64,000 nucleotides of DNA, taken from NCBI RefSeq assembly GCF_964355755.1, contig NC_092677.1:13352101-13416100 (forward strand). Reading direction: 5' to 3'. The first letter of the stretch is position 1; each line of letters opens with the position of its first letter. This DNA is from Antedon mediterranea. Lineage: Eukaryota > Animalia > Echinodermata. The position numbers were made by a program, and so were the translations under genes. The notes under the pieces are model-generated. The model searched no databases. It saw only the letters and a program-made list of their open reading frames with translations, and was not told where the DNA came from. Below are positions 11,706-25,366 of the stretch, in pieces.

Positions 11706-14700
11706 TACTGTACTACGGTACTATAATTGGTCAGTTTAATACCAGGGTAATTACACATGTACAGTAACAACTTGGGACATCCCGTAACAACAAAACAGGT
11801 TTTTCCACAAATTGTCTTCACACTATGCAAACATGGTTACAACTTGTTACACGCTGTTACTTTTTGCAGATGTGAAAAGGGTGCAAGTTTTAAAAATGCC
11901 AAACGTTACTATTTTTCAAGATCGTTTAAAAGTATTTTGATCATTCTTCCTCAACAAACTTTCCTTGGTTAAAGCAACCAATGCAGTTTGGGTGAGTTGA
12001 CCAAGAGGAAGTTGCAAAAAGCGTTTGTATTATAAACGTTCTAGTTGAATCTAGCCATTCATTTTGGTTTGAAAAAAAAAAGTAAAGTGCAAATGAGACC
12101 TTCTAGTTTGTAACACCTGTCCGCATTAGATTTATAATTATGTTAAATATATCCGCCAAAGGTTACATGAATTAGCAGTATGATTTAAAACAGGAAATAC
12201 AATACGTTTTTTAATTTGCAGTTGATTAGTAAAGGACAAAAATCTATATATGTGAACATTCTAAAAATTATAATTTATATGATTTAAAACTAGATGGTAT
12301 ACTGATCACATTTTTTCTTCTTCATAACATCAAAGTTAATTTACAGTTTATAACAATTAAAATTTATATATAAAATTTATCTTTTTATGTTTTTTAATAT
12401 TTTGTGTCTTTTTATCTTTAAGAGCTTGTATTAAAAGGTTACACACAATTGGCCAAAAGTTGTGACGTTTCTACATTGTAGACAACTTAAAAATTGATTT
12501 TCTTTAACTAGAGAATATTTTCGAACATCAACAGCAGTATATAAAGCTAATTTATAGTTTATTACGGAATCTGTATATATATATGGTATAATCCCATCCC
12601 CACATGAAATTGGACCGAATTCTTGGGGAGACCCAGCTAGTCTAGAAAAAAAAGATTGGTAAGCATTTCTTGTAAAAACTCATCTGAACTGGATAGAGAC
12701 AGTAGTATATACAAAGGTAATTTATAGTTTATTAAAAGGACAGAATCTGTATGTGTACATTCTAAAACAATAATATATTTAACTGTCCAAAGGGGCAATA
12801 ATGTACAAATGTGCATTTTTCTGGCAATACAACAACCTACATCCTGCATTCTCAGCTGCTCGCTTAGATCCAAAGCGTGTAAATTGTTTATGCTACGGTG
12901 GTACAGGGACGTTTAAAAACAACAAGATTTTCTGGAAAAAATTGGATTCAGGAATTGGAAATCAAGTTGCAATAAAAAGACGGCCATCATGTATACTATG
13001 GCTGCTATAAAATGAGTAACTTGCACTTCTGTGTTTTACATCTGTCATAATAAATGACGTTCTTGTGAACATCTTGATACTTTAATCCGTGCATTACCTT
13101 ACAACTTGTTGTTTTACGCCAACGTGTGAAGGTACCCTATATTTTATTAGCCACCCATTTATGTTTGAAGGCCAATAAGTTTAATATTTAGTATATCTAT
13201 TCATCAATATAAACCATTTAAAGTCATTTAAACGTAAATAAAAACAATCCCATAATACCAGAGTTTATAAATGTCGAAATTCGTAAACTTTAAGTGTTTC
13301 ACTAAATGGAAACTGTAAATTGATTTTGAACTGGAGTTCACACTTGGTGTTACTGTCCTAAAGAGCTTCAGATTATAGGGTCAATTCTTAGTATTCTAAA
13401 CTAATACTATAATATATATCATAAGAATTAACTAATAAATAATACAGACTGGTTAAACCTTAAAGAGTAAAAGAAACTTACTCAAAAATTATCAGAAATA
13501 CAACGTTAATGAATAGGTTTCAAAATGAAGAATCAAATATACTGAAGGTAGAATTATTATAAATCCCTCTGACTTTGACCAGGGAGTAGAACAGTTGAAG
13601 ATAGCACACACTACATCCTGTCATGTAATGGTAATAGAAACATTAAATAGAACCATTGAATAGAACTTTTCCCATGCAATAGAACTTTTACCGTTCCATA
13701 GAATACAAAATTAACCAATCAAAGGATACACACAAGATGTGTTGAATGAAATTATGTATCTTTATGGAATAAGACGAACATAGTATTATAACATTTTTAT
13801 TCTTTCTGTTCAGGGTTAAAACTATTATTATACTAAATCTAAACATCGTTTACTACAGAGGGCTCACTTCATTTATATCATTTAATGCTGGCCTCTGAAG
13901 ATTGTACGTCGCCATAAAATGAAACTCAATTAATCAATTCTGACGTCCATAGTTTTGACTGAAAGAGAGAGGTGCATGTCAGGCCATTAGGAATTTGCTC
14001 ACACCGGTAATTTTTTACCCATTGGGAAGCATGTACAGTGACCGCCTTTCGTTGTGTTGGCACGCTAGGTCTGTTGTGTTTCCCATGATTTAATAGTAGG
14101 CCTAACACATATTTCGCTCCAATGTGAATACTCTATAGCTGTCTGTTCTCTCTTCGTTTTTCTTACTATTTTAAAATCCTTGTAAATGAAATGTACAGTA
14201 AGTTTCACAATAATTTACACACCTTGAACCTTATAGACAATTAATATATTACAGTATACGTAGCTCTTTGTGATTCAATAGAATATTGTAAACAACATTT
14301 ATTGCATGACATCATTATCTACACAGCAGTATAGTATACATAGTGCATTGAGAGCTTGCTTATATGCGCTACATAAGAATGAACTATTATTATTATTATA
14401 TAGTATATATTCCTTTTAAATACTTAATATTAAATTGAAAACATTTTAGATAATTTCAAAAGTTAAAATCTAGTTTTAAGAATTATTTATTGATATTATA
14501 TACTATTTTCTAATTTTAATCATTAAGTCTTACAAATTGGCATGATTTCAAACCGAAAAGGTCAATAGATTAAAGAACTAAAAAATAAAAACATTCATGA
14601 ATTTCAATAGTAAAATTAAATTACATTCATGATTAATTTAAATAAAATTAGATTTCTGATTTCTGAAATAACTTGTATTGGAGGGTGTTATCTTTTCATT

Positions 14701-16981
14701 TAGTTATGTTATCCCCTTGGTAAGTAGGCACGATATAGACTTTGGGGTTACATTTAAATTTACATTTTATTATAACGAAAACCTTTACAATATTTGAGAC
14801 ATTTAGGAGACACTAGAAGCAAGAAAACTAAGACCAAAAAAAATAGGCATGTCATTAATTATTAAACCTATTTAGATTATGAGTAAACATAAGAAACAAA
14901 CGTGACAAGGCACCCGATATAAACAAAAAACTATCAACGTTTTACACAATTTATTTGTTGAATGATTGACATTATGAGGGCAATGAAAAAAAATCCATAA
15001 TAAACTGTAAAAGTTTATTCCCCCATTATTACAACATCATGCTCAGTGAAGTGGAAATGATAGTCACATTAAACGGCTTCATTAACATACTTTAGAAATC
15101 GTAGTTTTCTTATGAGGGCTGGAAAATGACTAACCTTATTAAACCAATTTACCTGGTACAAAAAAAAAAAGAATTTAATCTATTCATTGTTTTTTTTGCA
15201 TAATCAAAGTCTTTAAACTAATGTGGGTATATATTTGAGCAAGTGATTACAATAATCACTTATTTTTTGCTTTAAATTACATTTTTTTCAGGTAGATCAT
15301 TTTTTTAATCAGTTTTTGGTCAAAATGAATAACTAGTAAGTGAAATTAAAATGACATATTGAACAACAAATAAAAAAAAAATTAGTGGGACAATATCTTT
15401 AAGTTTAAAGAATCTGCAGTATTTTCACCCTGCATTTTTATGGAAAATACTGTATAGTCATTTGAAATTTGGTAACAAAAAAATTGAAATTCCACTATAA
15501 AGTTGTTAAATCTAAAGAGGGCGCTGTAAGCATTTATTTTAGAATCAGATGATCAAAATTGTTTAACCATTATGATAATTTGTTTACACATGACAAGTTA
15601 GATCAGTCTACTCTCTTGAACAAAACCTAATTATAATTGCATTGTAATTAACACAATAGAGATTAATTTCTTTTGTTCCACCTAATTATGTATGTTGTTG
15701 TGTTAAATCAACAGTACAACACTGGCATATATAGGCATACAATTTACTTCACTCCATCCATATTAAATTTTCATTCTCAAAATCAAAATATATTTTGCAA
15801 AGCTAAACAAAACAGAGTAAAACAAACAGGAGTCTAAAGATACAAGGATAAAAAAAGGAATAAAGTTGTTGTTAAGATTTGATTACTATTAAACTAAAAC
15901 AAAAAGTAAAATAAATTTAATGGATTATATCTGTAAACAATATACCAAAAAAGTAGTAATTTTGTAACATAAAAAGGTATACAAAATATTATAGTCGTAC
16001 GGTTTAGGTAATAGTTATTACCTCAATTGGGAATCCAATATTCAGGAGATACCTGTACTATTTATTTATTTTTTTCACTTACCAGTGAAACGAAAGAAGG
16101 AAATATGTTTTACTAACATTACGTACAACCCCTATTCAGGGAACAAAAGGCGAAGTTTCCATTAAAATGGGTTCTAAATACATTATTTATATTGTCCATT
16201 ATGCATTTGTTTGTTAAAACCTATTTTAAAGAATTTAAAATCTTCAGAATTTTGTTAAAACAGCACTGGAATGTTTATAAAACTATGATTTTTTATTGAC
16301 TTTTATACTATCAATGAAGACGACAATATACATCTGTAATTAACCTCATTCACATTATAAAATGTTACCGCTTTCTTAGAATATTCACATGAAATGAGGG
16401 GTTAATTGTGTGGGTATAGTTTTCATACTGTATGTAACTTATACATCCACAAACTGATTATCTTCAGTGTATGTTCTCGTATCTTTTTGTTCATAATACC
16501 ATAGTGGCCTATGATCTATTACAAATTACTGTATATTTGATTCCCTCCCTTCAACTATTATAACTGGATATACAGTAGCTTAGATTTATGATCACATCAA
16601 CTTGTATAACTAAAGACAATAACTTGATTTTGCAGTCAGCATACAGTATGCTGAGTGCTAGAGTCTGGCCCAGATCTGTCATTTGGAATAATGATTAGTT
16701 ACAGGTCTTTTCTTTTATTTTATCTTAAATTGGCAATCTTCCAAATGTTGAAATCTAATAATTATTACATCGTTTAAGTTATCTGGACAAAAAAGACCAA
16801 TTTATAAAGCTTATAACTAAATCAGTTAACAGGTCAAATAAAAAAAAAGTATTGGATTAAAATTGAAATCAAATTTGGTTGTATCAAATAGAACAGAACA
16901 TTCGAAATGAATTATAACACACACAGAAAAATATTCTATTTCAGTTAAGTATCAAGAAGGTGATAAAGGTTGATCACCTTT

Positions 16982-17399
16982 AGGGTCTATTTCTGCCATG
17001 GAGGTTTGTAACTCCATGGTTTCTGCTGCATAGTGCCGAATAAACAGATTATTTTAAAAATTTAATTTTTATATTGACCACATTTCTCCTAATTTTTTGC
17101 TCCAAAATGACTGTTTAAATCAGTGGGTGGTCGTTGAAAACAATCGTTAGAATTACCCAAAAATTGCTATTGGTCCTGGCAGTTAATTCAGTGTTCGTTA
17201 TTTTGTGTTACAGCTAAAAGTTGCTAAGCAATAACCGGTTAAATTGCGTTCCAACACCGAATTCAATGGGTGTTTTTAACCGCTTGTTTTGCGCTGCATT
17301 TTAACCAGTTAGCACAAAACTTACCTGTTTCTGCTCCCAAGAAATTGGAGTTAATTTATTCAAACCATTTTTATTTTTATGCAGCAGAAACAGGACCTG
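16982..17399. mobile_element. ~420-bp non-autonomous DNA transposon (Harbinger-like MITE); copies at ~42815-43245 and partial ~7195-7515
   Basis: TIRs GGGTCTGTTTCTGCTGCATA...TATGCAGCAGAAACAGGACC, and collinear internal similarity (AATCGTTAGAATTACCCAAAA, GCTCCCAAGAAATTGGAGTT) between copies. Confidence 0.8.
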
Positions 17400-20300
17400 A
17401 GATGGCAAGACACACTTGATGACCCACAGCATATGGATATGGATTTATTGATAAAATATGTATTTATGCTTTTACACATGCGGAAGTCGCTATCAGAATG
17501 TTTTATTTTAGCGACTACGGTACTTTAAAGTTTCGCTAAATCCTTTATATTTACCACTGTGCCCTGCTGGAGATGCAGTTAGAAGTAACTGTTACAGCTA
17601 GGTTTCTGGCTTTATACAGTAAATAATAGTAGGCCTAATCATAACAGTTGTGAATTAAATTTATAAATTATCAAATATAAGAAACGTAAAGTTTAAATCT
17701 GAACTGTTAAACACCAAAAGACATTAAAATATGTCATGGAAAAGCCGAAAAATGCCAGAGATGTTGGGGAAAAACCTGGGACCTCTGGCCAACAACTTTA
17801 AGGGGGAGTGAAGAAAAGATTGTAAAAAGATTTGATTGTTGTTCATATCTCTTAACGATTTATCTATCCTGTAATAATTTACAGCTTTTGTTCCTTCTTT
17901 CATGATTTACACATCAAATGGGGAATATTTTAAGGAAATATTCTGGCACTGTTATTGTAAGATAACAATATCCGTAAATTATGTCCAATCTCAAGCAGCA
18001 AAAAAACACTACAAAACTCACTGCCACAGTCAACAATAAATAAGGTTACGAAAGAGTGATTTACGAGGCAACTGATGGTTCTAAACCAACGACCTCGAAA
18101 AAACATCAATCAATCAAAGCAGATAAACATATGCCTTTGATCTTTACCCACTCAGATCTGGGTTTTGCAGTCAGGGCAGATTTGAGCAGGCCAACATGGG
18201 AACTTCACGATCTGCCACCTGGGGTCTGGATATAATCCATCAATCAATCTGTCATAAAAATCTGGATTAGCTCATCTTTCAGTCAATCAAAAGTACACAA
18301 ACTCAATTCCCTGTTGGAGAATATATATTAGGACAAAGAGACTACTGTATAGATATTGCACAGTTATTGTATGCATATGGTTGCAATAATAAACATGTAT
18401 GAACATTGTATATCTGCCAAAATATTTTTTTATGATGCGTGAGAATTTATTAATTTTACAAGATTCTTCAATATATTTAGCATGTTACAGTAACCTCTAC
18501 TGGTTGGTAGCAACACCAACAGTATGTTGGAATACACACAAATCTGCCTTATATAGCAGTGCAACGCTATTTAACCCAAATATTACAGTAATTACAACAT
18601 TGTTATAACTGGGTAACATACCTTTAGTATACAAATGATGAGCCGTTTTAATATCATATATATCCAAGTATGTTTGGTAGAACAAAAACATGTTATGTTC
18701 TGTATAGCCGGTTCAATTCTATGCAGGACCTGAGTATAAATAAAATAGTTAATTAAAGTATTAATACAGTACATAAAAATTTATAAAATACTCTTGACAT
18801 TTCAACCTCATGATTTTATCATCTTTGTTTTTTATGCAGTTCAAGCAATGTAGTTTCTTCATGTTGCAGGATGGAATAATATGTTTCAATGTTCTTTGTG
18901 CTATTTTCTGTAATATAGCACCATTACATTGAAACGTACAGTAATAATCTTAATCATCATGGTGATTTAAATGCAAAAGTATTTATTCTGGCCCTCAAGC
19001 TTAACTGGAAACTGAGGAAATTCGGAGTTAAACAGTAGGCTTATATACTATTGCACGATCATGCAATATGTACTATTGTATGATCAAGCAATAGTACATA
19101 CTATTGCACAATAGTAATTTTTTTTATTTCGGCTGCCATCTCGTTAAATGTAGTCCATCTTTCAACTCATAAAATATTCTCCTCCATCCAACATTTATTC
19201 TTTGTACAATATATACAGTAATGTCTATTTACTAGCAGAAAATGCTAATAAATAGACCTATAGTATTGTGATGGTATCATGGTTTGTTTTAATGGTTATT
19301 ATCAGTACTATATATTGAATAATAAAAAGACATTTTTATTAAGAATAATAAAAAGATCACCTCTTCAACTATATATTAATATTACATTCTTATAGGTATA
19401 TTCTGATATATATATTTTGTGCCTGAACTAATTAGTCACTAATGATGGTAGGGGATTGCTAATCACTACTGTTCACAGTTTTTTTTTAAACGTACCAACA
19501 CAATGAATAATATACAGTAATAAGTTTAAAAGGTGTTGTGTTCATTTGATTCATTTTGATATCATTGTTAATGATTACAGCTGGGCAAAAAATTAATAAT
19601 AAGGCCAAATATATATCGAAGAGTCAACCCTTAATAAACTTCAGGGGAGGGGATTGTCTTTTTCTTAATGTACTGTATTCAATAGGTCATCGACATTGAT
19701 TCATGCTACCATTCTGAAATAAACTGACACCAACCCTTTATATATGAACAAAATGAATCACTACTTCCAACTTCAAGAAACAATTTAATGCAATAAAAGT
19801 GTTCATGTATGCTAGCGATAATCGAATGTTTAAATGATGTTATATCAGAATTTTTTTTTCCATTTAAAAAACAGGCAGCTCAAAAATTAGGAGAGGGAGG
19901 CACTTAACAAGTACATATACTTTTGGCCTAATCAATGTTTAAAATAAATATAATATTAAAGTGCAGACACTTTCTCTCTGCACTAGGGTCTTAGGCCTAC
20001 AGGTTTACCATACATTACAAGGCCTGGCCATATCAATTTGCTTAATAAATATGCTAAATTTCATCTTTTGTACTGATTTACATGTCACCAACCTTAATCA
20101 AACACAAGTATATCAATTTCAAAGCCATGTATGCATTACTGATCATTGATATGACAATTTTGAATCAAGCGCGAAATGAACATGACCATATTGCAGTTGC
20201 AACAACACTGAGCACTTGCAGTTACTCAATGGATTTGAGCATTGCACCATTTAATAGGCATAGAAATGATGAATAATAATCATGTTTTTCTCCAGATGGT

Positions 20301-21422
20301 GCTTTTAAACAAGGATTGCTTGATTTTTTGTTAGCAACCCCTCCACTCCAGAGTTTGCACACAAGGGCTTCAATTCCAGTCGTTGGTGTCAATTAAAGAA
20401 TACCAGAGTAAAAAAATACCCGAAAGTCTGCTTCAAACTGCAGAAACACACCAAAACAAACCGTTAAAGGTACAATTTGTGTTTGGGGTCAGAAGACCAA
20501 AAATGTATTTATCATCCATAGGGTAGTATTAACAACGCTTCTTAATTATACTTCTGAATTCGGTTTGATCTTGAGTGCCAGTACTGTATGTTTTTTTTTG
20601 TGCAGAATATCAATGGAGAAAAATGACATTAATGATTTAAAAAGTGTTTTGTTTGTTATTTTTAATGATGAACATAATTAGGCCTATGTAGGCTATCGTC
20701 ATAATGCTCGTTCACAAAGTCGTAGACCTAGTAGTAGGGTGTCCACTCATAATATCCGTATCTAGGCTATCACGAAGAAAAGCCAGGTGCATTGCCTTGG
20801 CTTCACGTGTTCCTAGCTAGCTAGGAGTGGTGGGGGCTCACAATTTCTGAAATTGCTAAGTTATTAAAAACACGTATGAGACCACTATCAGTGACATAGT
20901 CTTGATTTATATATTGTTACCTTATGAACAATACAGTATTGTGTAAAGCAGATCACACAGGATTAAAAAAACCACACATTGTTATTAAGCAGACAAACTG
21001 AAATAGGCCTACACCTGCATTCCAGGTATGTCCAGTCCAGCGTTGCCAGGGATAAAATTAAATTATGCCGTAACATGTCTCAAGCAGGGAACATTTTCGC
21101 CAGTGTAGCGTAGCAAAAAGCTATACAAAACAACCTTATTGCTACACATTTTGAAAATTGTGTAGCAAAAAATACAATACAATACAATACAGTTTGATTA
21201 GCAATATTGCTAAACAAAATTTTTAAATGAAAATTTTCCCTGTCAAGTAATGCCAGATTGGGAAAAATAATGCCAAATCCACAAAATGTGGCCCTAATTA
21301 TCGCCACCAAAGGTTGCATGTTTATAAAACGTCTGTAAATAGGGCCTAAAATGTTATCCCATGTCGTTCAAATTTATTTATTTATATATCGCTATCTAAT
21401 CCAGTTTGAACAATACCATGAA

Positions 21423-21530
21423 AGCTCCAGTGGTCTGATGGTTAGAACATCTGCATATCAAGGAGGCGGTCCGAGTTCGACCTGTGTCGAAAATTAATTA
21501 AATTTCAGTATATCACCGGGCGGTTTAGAA
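21423..21530 (+). mobile_element. tRNA-derived SINE head; related copy at ~47150-47255
   Basis: A-box-like AGTGGTCTGATGG and B-box GAGTTCGA, but no closing acceptor stem. Both copies are followed by CAGTAT..CACyGGGyGGTTTAGA. Confidence 0.55.
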
Positions 21531-21549
21531 TTAATGTTCTTTGCCTGAT

Positions 21550-23680
21550 GTGTTGGATTCTCTCAGCTATACTAGCTGGGGTTCGAATCTGTATGCATTT
21601 TAAAAAATAAATATGAAATGTTTTTGAAAGAGAGATATTTAGAGAGTCAAGTTAATTTAGGATAATAAATGTAAAAGATTAACAACAACAAAATTTCAAC
21701 AGTGTGGCGCCGCGAATGACTATCAATTTAATGTAAGAAAAAAGGGAATTATAATTCTCTTGTTACGTGTTTAGAAAAGAATTTATATCTCATCGTTGGT
21801 ATGTCGGCGTTGTTATGCAAATGAGTGTGTGCATGAGGTGTAGTGGGAAAGAAGACTATCGTTTGGATTCTCTCAGCTCTAATAGCTGGGGTTCGAATCT
21901 CTACGGATTTCTTTCTTTTTTTAAATAAATATAAAATGTTTAGAGAGTCAAGTCTCATCGTAGTTAGGTATGTCGGCGTTGTTATGCAAATGAGTTTGTG
22001 CAGGTGTAGTGGGAAAGATGATATTGTTAGTCATTCGCGGCCAACACGCCACATTGTTAAATTTAGATTGTTGTGCTAAACATAACATTTAGGCCTACAA
22101 CATCAAAAATCGGGTGGCGAAAAGCCACTGAAAAAATTAAAGTTGTTATGGTGTGCTCTCCCTGCCTCAGCACTAAGGCCAATTGAAGCCAAATGTGCCC
22201 CTTTATCATTTTGTACTCTTGGGTGGGCTTCTTTTCCAGATGGACTTCTTTTCGAGATTTTTTCAAACTAAATGAGGGGATCTGTTAGGTTCCCGCCCTG
22301 AGAATTCATTTATTTATTTTTTTATTTGAATAATCTTCTAATGTAAAGATTAACAACATCACAATTCAACAGTGTGGTGTGTTATGACTTACACCTGCAC
22401 CAACTCATTTGCATAATAACGCACGGCATACCAACTGTTCAATATTTGTATAGGGGTAGCAGTCAATGGGTTGGTTGGATGGCCAGGCTTGTTCAGACTG
22501 CTCTTGTTCATCTAATTTATTGTATCAGTTGTTTTGTTTCTCACAATCAATTATTCACTTAATTCAATATCATTTATTTATGCTCAAACACAGTAAAATG
22601 TAGTACATGGTTTGAAATCATTTTCGTTTGTTCAAGATTAAAATTCACAACAAATTGTGAAATTATTTATTACATTAATGTATATGTATTTAAATGAATA
22701 GAGAGGATACACTAGCCAGGCCAGGCATCGGCATATTCACCAATTTTTATTTATTTGTTCCTAATTTTCTGACATAACTTATGTGTTCTTAAAATTGAGG
22801 GCGCCAAACACAAAATTTACGAGATCGGAAAGAGGCGGGAAGCCAAAAAAAAAATGATGGTGTGCTCCCTTGCCTCTAGCACGGTAAGGCTCTCTCACAG
22901 CCTTGGGGTTACCACACATCAGATGCTTTGATGTTATTGCCTCATGATGTGTGGTGGAAAGGGGGACGTTTAAGTCTGTGAACCCCAAACACAGAAGCTC
23001 GCATAGCTTTAACTCTTTTCCACCGACCGGCGTGGGGTTTGAACCCACGATATCGTGTTCCACGACGCTCTACCGACTGAGCTATCCGGCCCTCTGGTTT
23101 ATACCAAGGTTAAAACTAGATTCGTTTCCTCAAAATTACGTCATGAATATGCACAGTTATGACGTAACGATTAGAATGACGTAATATGAAGCGCGTATAA
23201 GACTATACTATTGTCACATTTCATTACTCGTGTACATTGTGGCATAACGGGTAGTGCTCTAGAAACTATCGTTTGGATTGGATTCTCCCAGCTCTACTAT
23301 TTGGGGTTCGAACCTCTAAGGATTTTTTTTTTTAAATAAATATAAATGTTTTTTCTTTCATTTTGAAAAAGAGATATTTAGAGAGTCAAGTTAATTTAGG
23401 ATGATATAATGTAAAAGATTAACAACATTAAAAGAATGACTAACAATTTAATGTCAGAAAAAAGGGAATTATAATTCTCTTCGTTACGTGTTTAGAAAAG
23501 AATTTATATCTCATCGTTGGTATGTCGGCGTTGTTATGCAAATGAGTGTGTGCATGAGGTGTAGTGGGAAAGAAGACTATCGTTTGGATTCTCTCAGCTC
23601 TAATAGCTGGGGTTCGAATCTCTACGGATTTCTTTCTTTTTTTAAATAAATATAAAATGTTTAGAGAGTCAAGTTAATTT
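21550..23680. repeat. Locally duplicated compound repeat: octamer ATGCAAAT followed by tRNA-like A/B boxes, several full and partial copies
   Basis: ~21740-21952 is nearly identical to ~23458-23672. Partial copies lie at ~21550, ~21960, ~23260 and inverted at ~22380-22435. Confidence 0.75.
22845..23092 (-). mobile_element. tRNA(Lys)-like SINE
   Basis: Minus strand reads GGGCCGGATAGCTCAGTCGGTAGAGCG...GTGGGTTCAAACCCCAC (A and B boxes, shortened anticodon arm), then a body ending GGCAAGGGAGCACACCAT plus a T-run. The same tail is seen at ~22148-22180. Confidence 0.7.
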
Positions 23681-25366
23681 AGGTTAGGCAGGGGCTGGTC
23701 GTAGAAACTATATTCTTTCCATATTTTGAAGTCCAATTTTCGGGCACCTGGCAACTCTATTTTTCTAAATTACTAAAATATTAAAACATAATACAAATGA
23801 GAATTCAAAATATACACAGGTTTAACATGCTAATATTATGTACAATTTTAAAATACAGGCAAAATTCAAAAAGAGACACAGGTCAGAAAACTAGTTAAAT
23901 TTAGGACATGGATCTTTATGGATAAGATATTGTTTAAAATGTTTCTTAACATTTCCTACAGTAGCTTGGCGAATTAAGGACGGGAGATTATTAATGTAAG
24001 GTTGGGCTCTTAGTCAAAGCTACGTTTGTAAGTTTCAGTCTTAGGACGAGGAACAACAAATAAACCAGCAGTTTAGGATCTTGTGGCGTGGTTGTGTTTA
24101 ATCTGTTTGCATTTTTCGTTCAAGTAGGTTGGAGCGATGTTGTCTAAATATGACATTAAATGCGAGGCAACCTAGTTGGTAACTTTTTTCGACATTTAAT
24201 GTATCAGTATATAAAATGTGTAAGAACATTGAATGTATCTGTTCTTGGTGGGAGATTTTAATCAACTTTCTACGCGTTTCATGTCAAGTTAACCAACTAT
24301 TTTTACGCTCGCGCTGCGCATGTAGCGGTAAAAACATCTTTTTCGCATCAATTTTGTTTTTCCAGCCTTTTCTAGTAATTTTACCAACTTTTAAACCATT
24401 TCGACTAATAATCACGTCATACGAGCACTTCGAATCGGACAATTCGCGCGCAGTTTTAAAGAAAAGTTCCAAAATTTGTCAAAATTATGCCTTTTTTTAA
24501 ACAGTTAAATGGAAGTTGATATTAGATATCGGATCATGCATCAATATGGCTAATCAGACATTGTGACGTAATCGTATGGCCACTCGAATATAAAATATAG
24601 TATTTTTGTCTCTTTCGTAATAGCTCATCACTTTGATAGAGCTCATCTCCACTTATCCGTATTCCATTTCCCCCCATATTTTGATATTGTCTAGGTTAAT
24701 TTTCTTTCACATGATTTACCGTTTTTAAAATTGTTATTCGGGCCTACGCCATCATGTGCAAAAGCGTGAATAGCTTTGGTCACGTATTTTCCAATCAATT
24801 TTATTTTTAATATGTTCGCCTATAGCTCCTCAGAATAAAAAGCGATACTCATGATTAAAACGTTTTCTGGAATCTGTTGAATTGTATATTTTCCGGCGTT
24901 CATTTTGTTTAAACCATGGAAAAAGTTTTCACATTTTCGCCAATATAAAACAAAAACACTGGAAAATGTACTAAATAGTTACTTAAATTCCAAGTGCTCC
25001 CACCGGCAACTTACTCATTCCCAAAGATACAATTGTCACTACAAAATCGATGTATGTTTTCTTAATTTTATTATCACTCCGGAAAATATTAACCAAGCAA
25101 TAATAGGCCTACATTATCCGAACGTCATGATTATTATAGTTAATAGGCTTACTATAAAATAAAATTATCATGTGAATCAAATACAGTATGAGCAAAAATG
25201 CGCATTCAAACAGCCTTTAATACTTGTACAGTTCATTCAAAGAAACACAATGGTGGTCTATAGCCTACATCCGGGTTATCAGATACTAATTTCCATGACG
25301 TCATCAACAAGCCCAAGAGTGTAACAGCCATGTTCTTTTGAAAATAAACGCCCAAAATCTACTAAA

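Noticed and set aside
13895-13930. CUGAAGA...GAAACUC hammerhead-like string
   Set aside because: Stem II is weak and stem I cannot form; at most a decayed relic.
23020-23092. tRNA-Lys-like gene
   Set aside because: Anticodon arm is shortened and the sequence continues into a SINE body; annotated as a SINE.
24810-24835. Minus-strand CUGAGGAGCUAUAGGCGAAC hammerhead-like string
   Set aside because: GAAC instead of GAAA, and no stem III or stem I.
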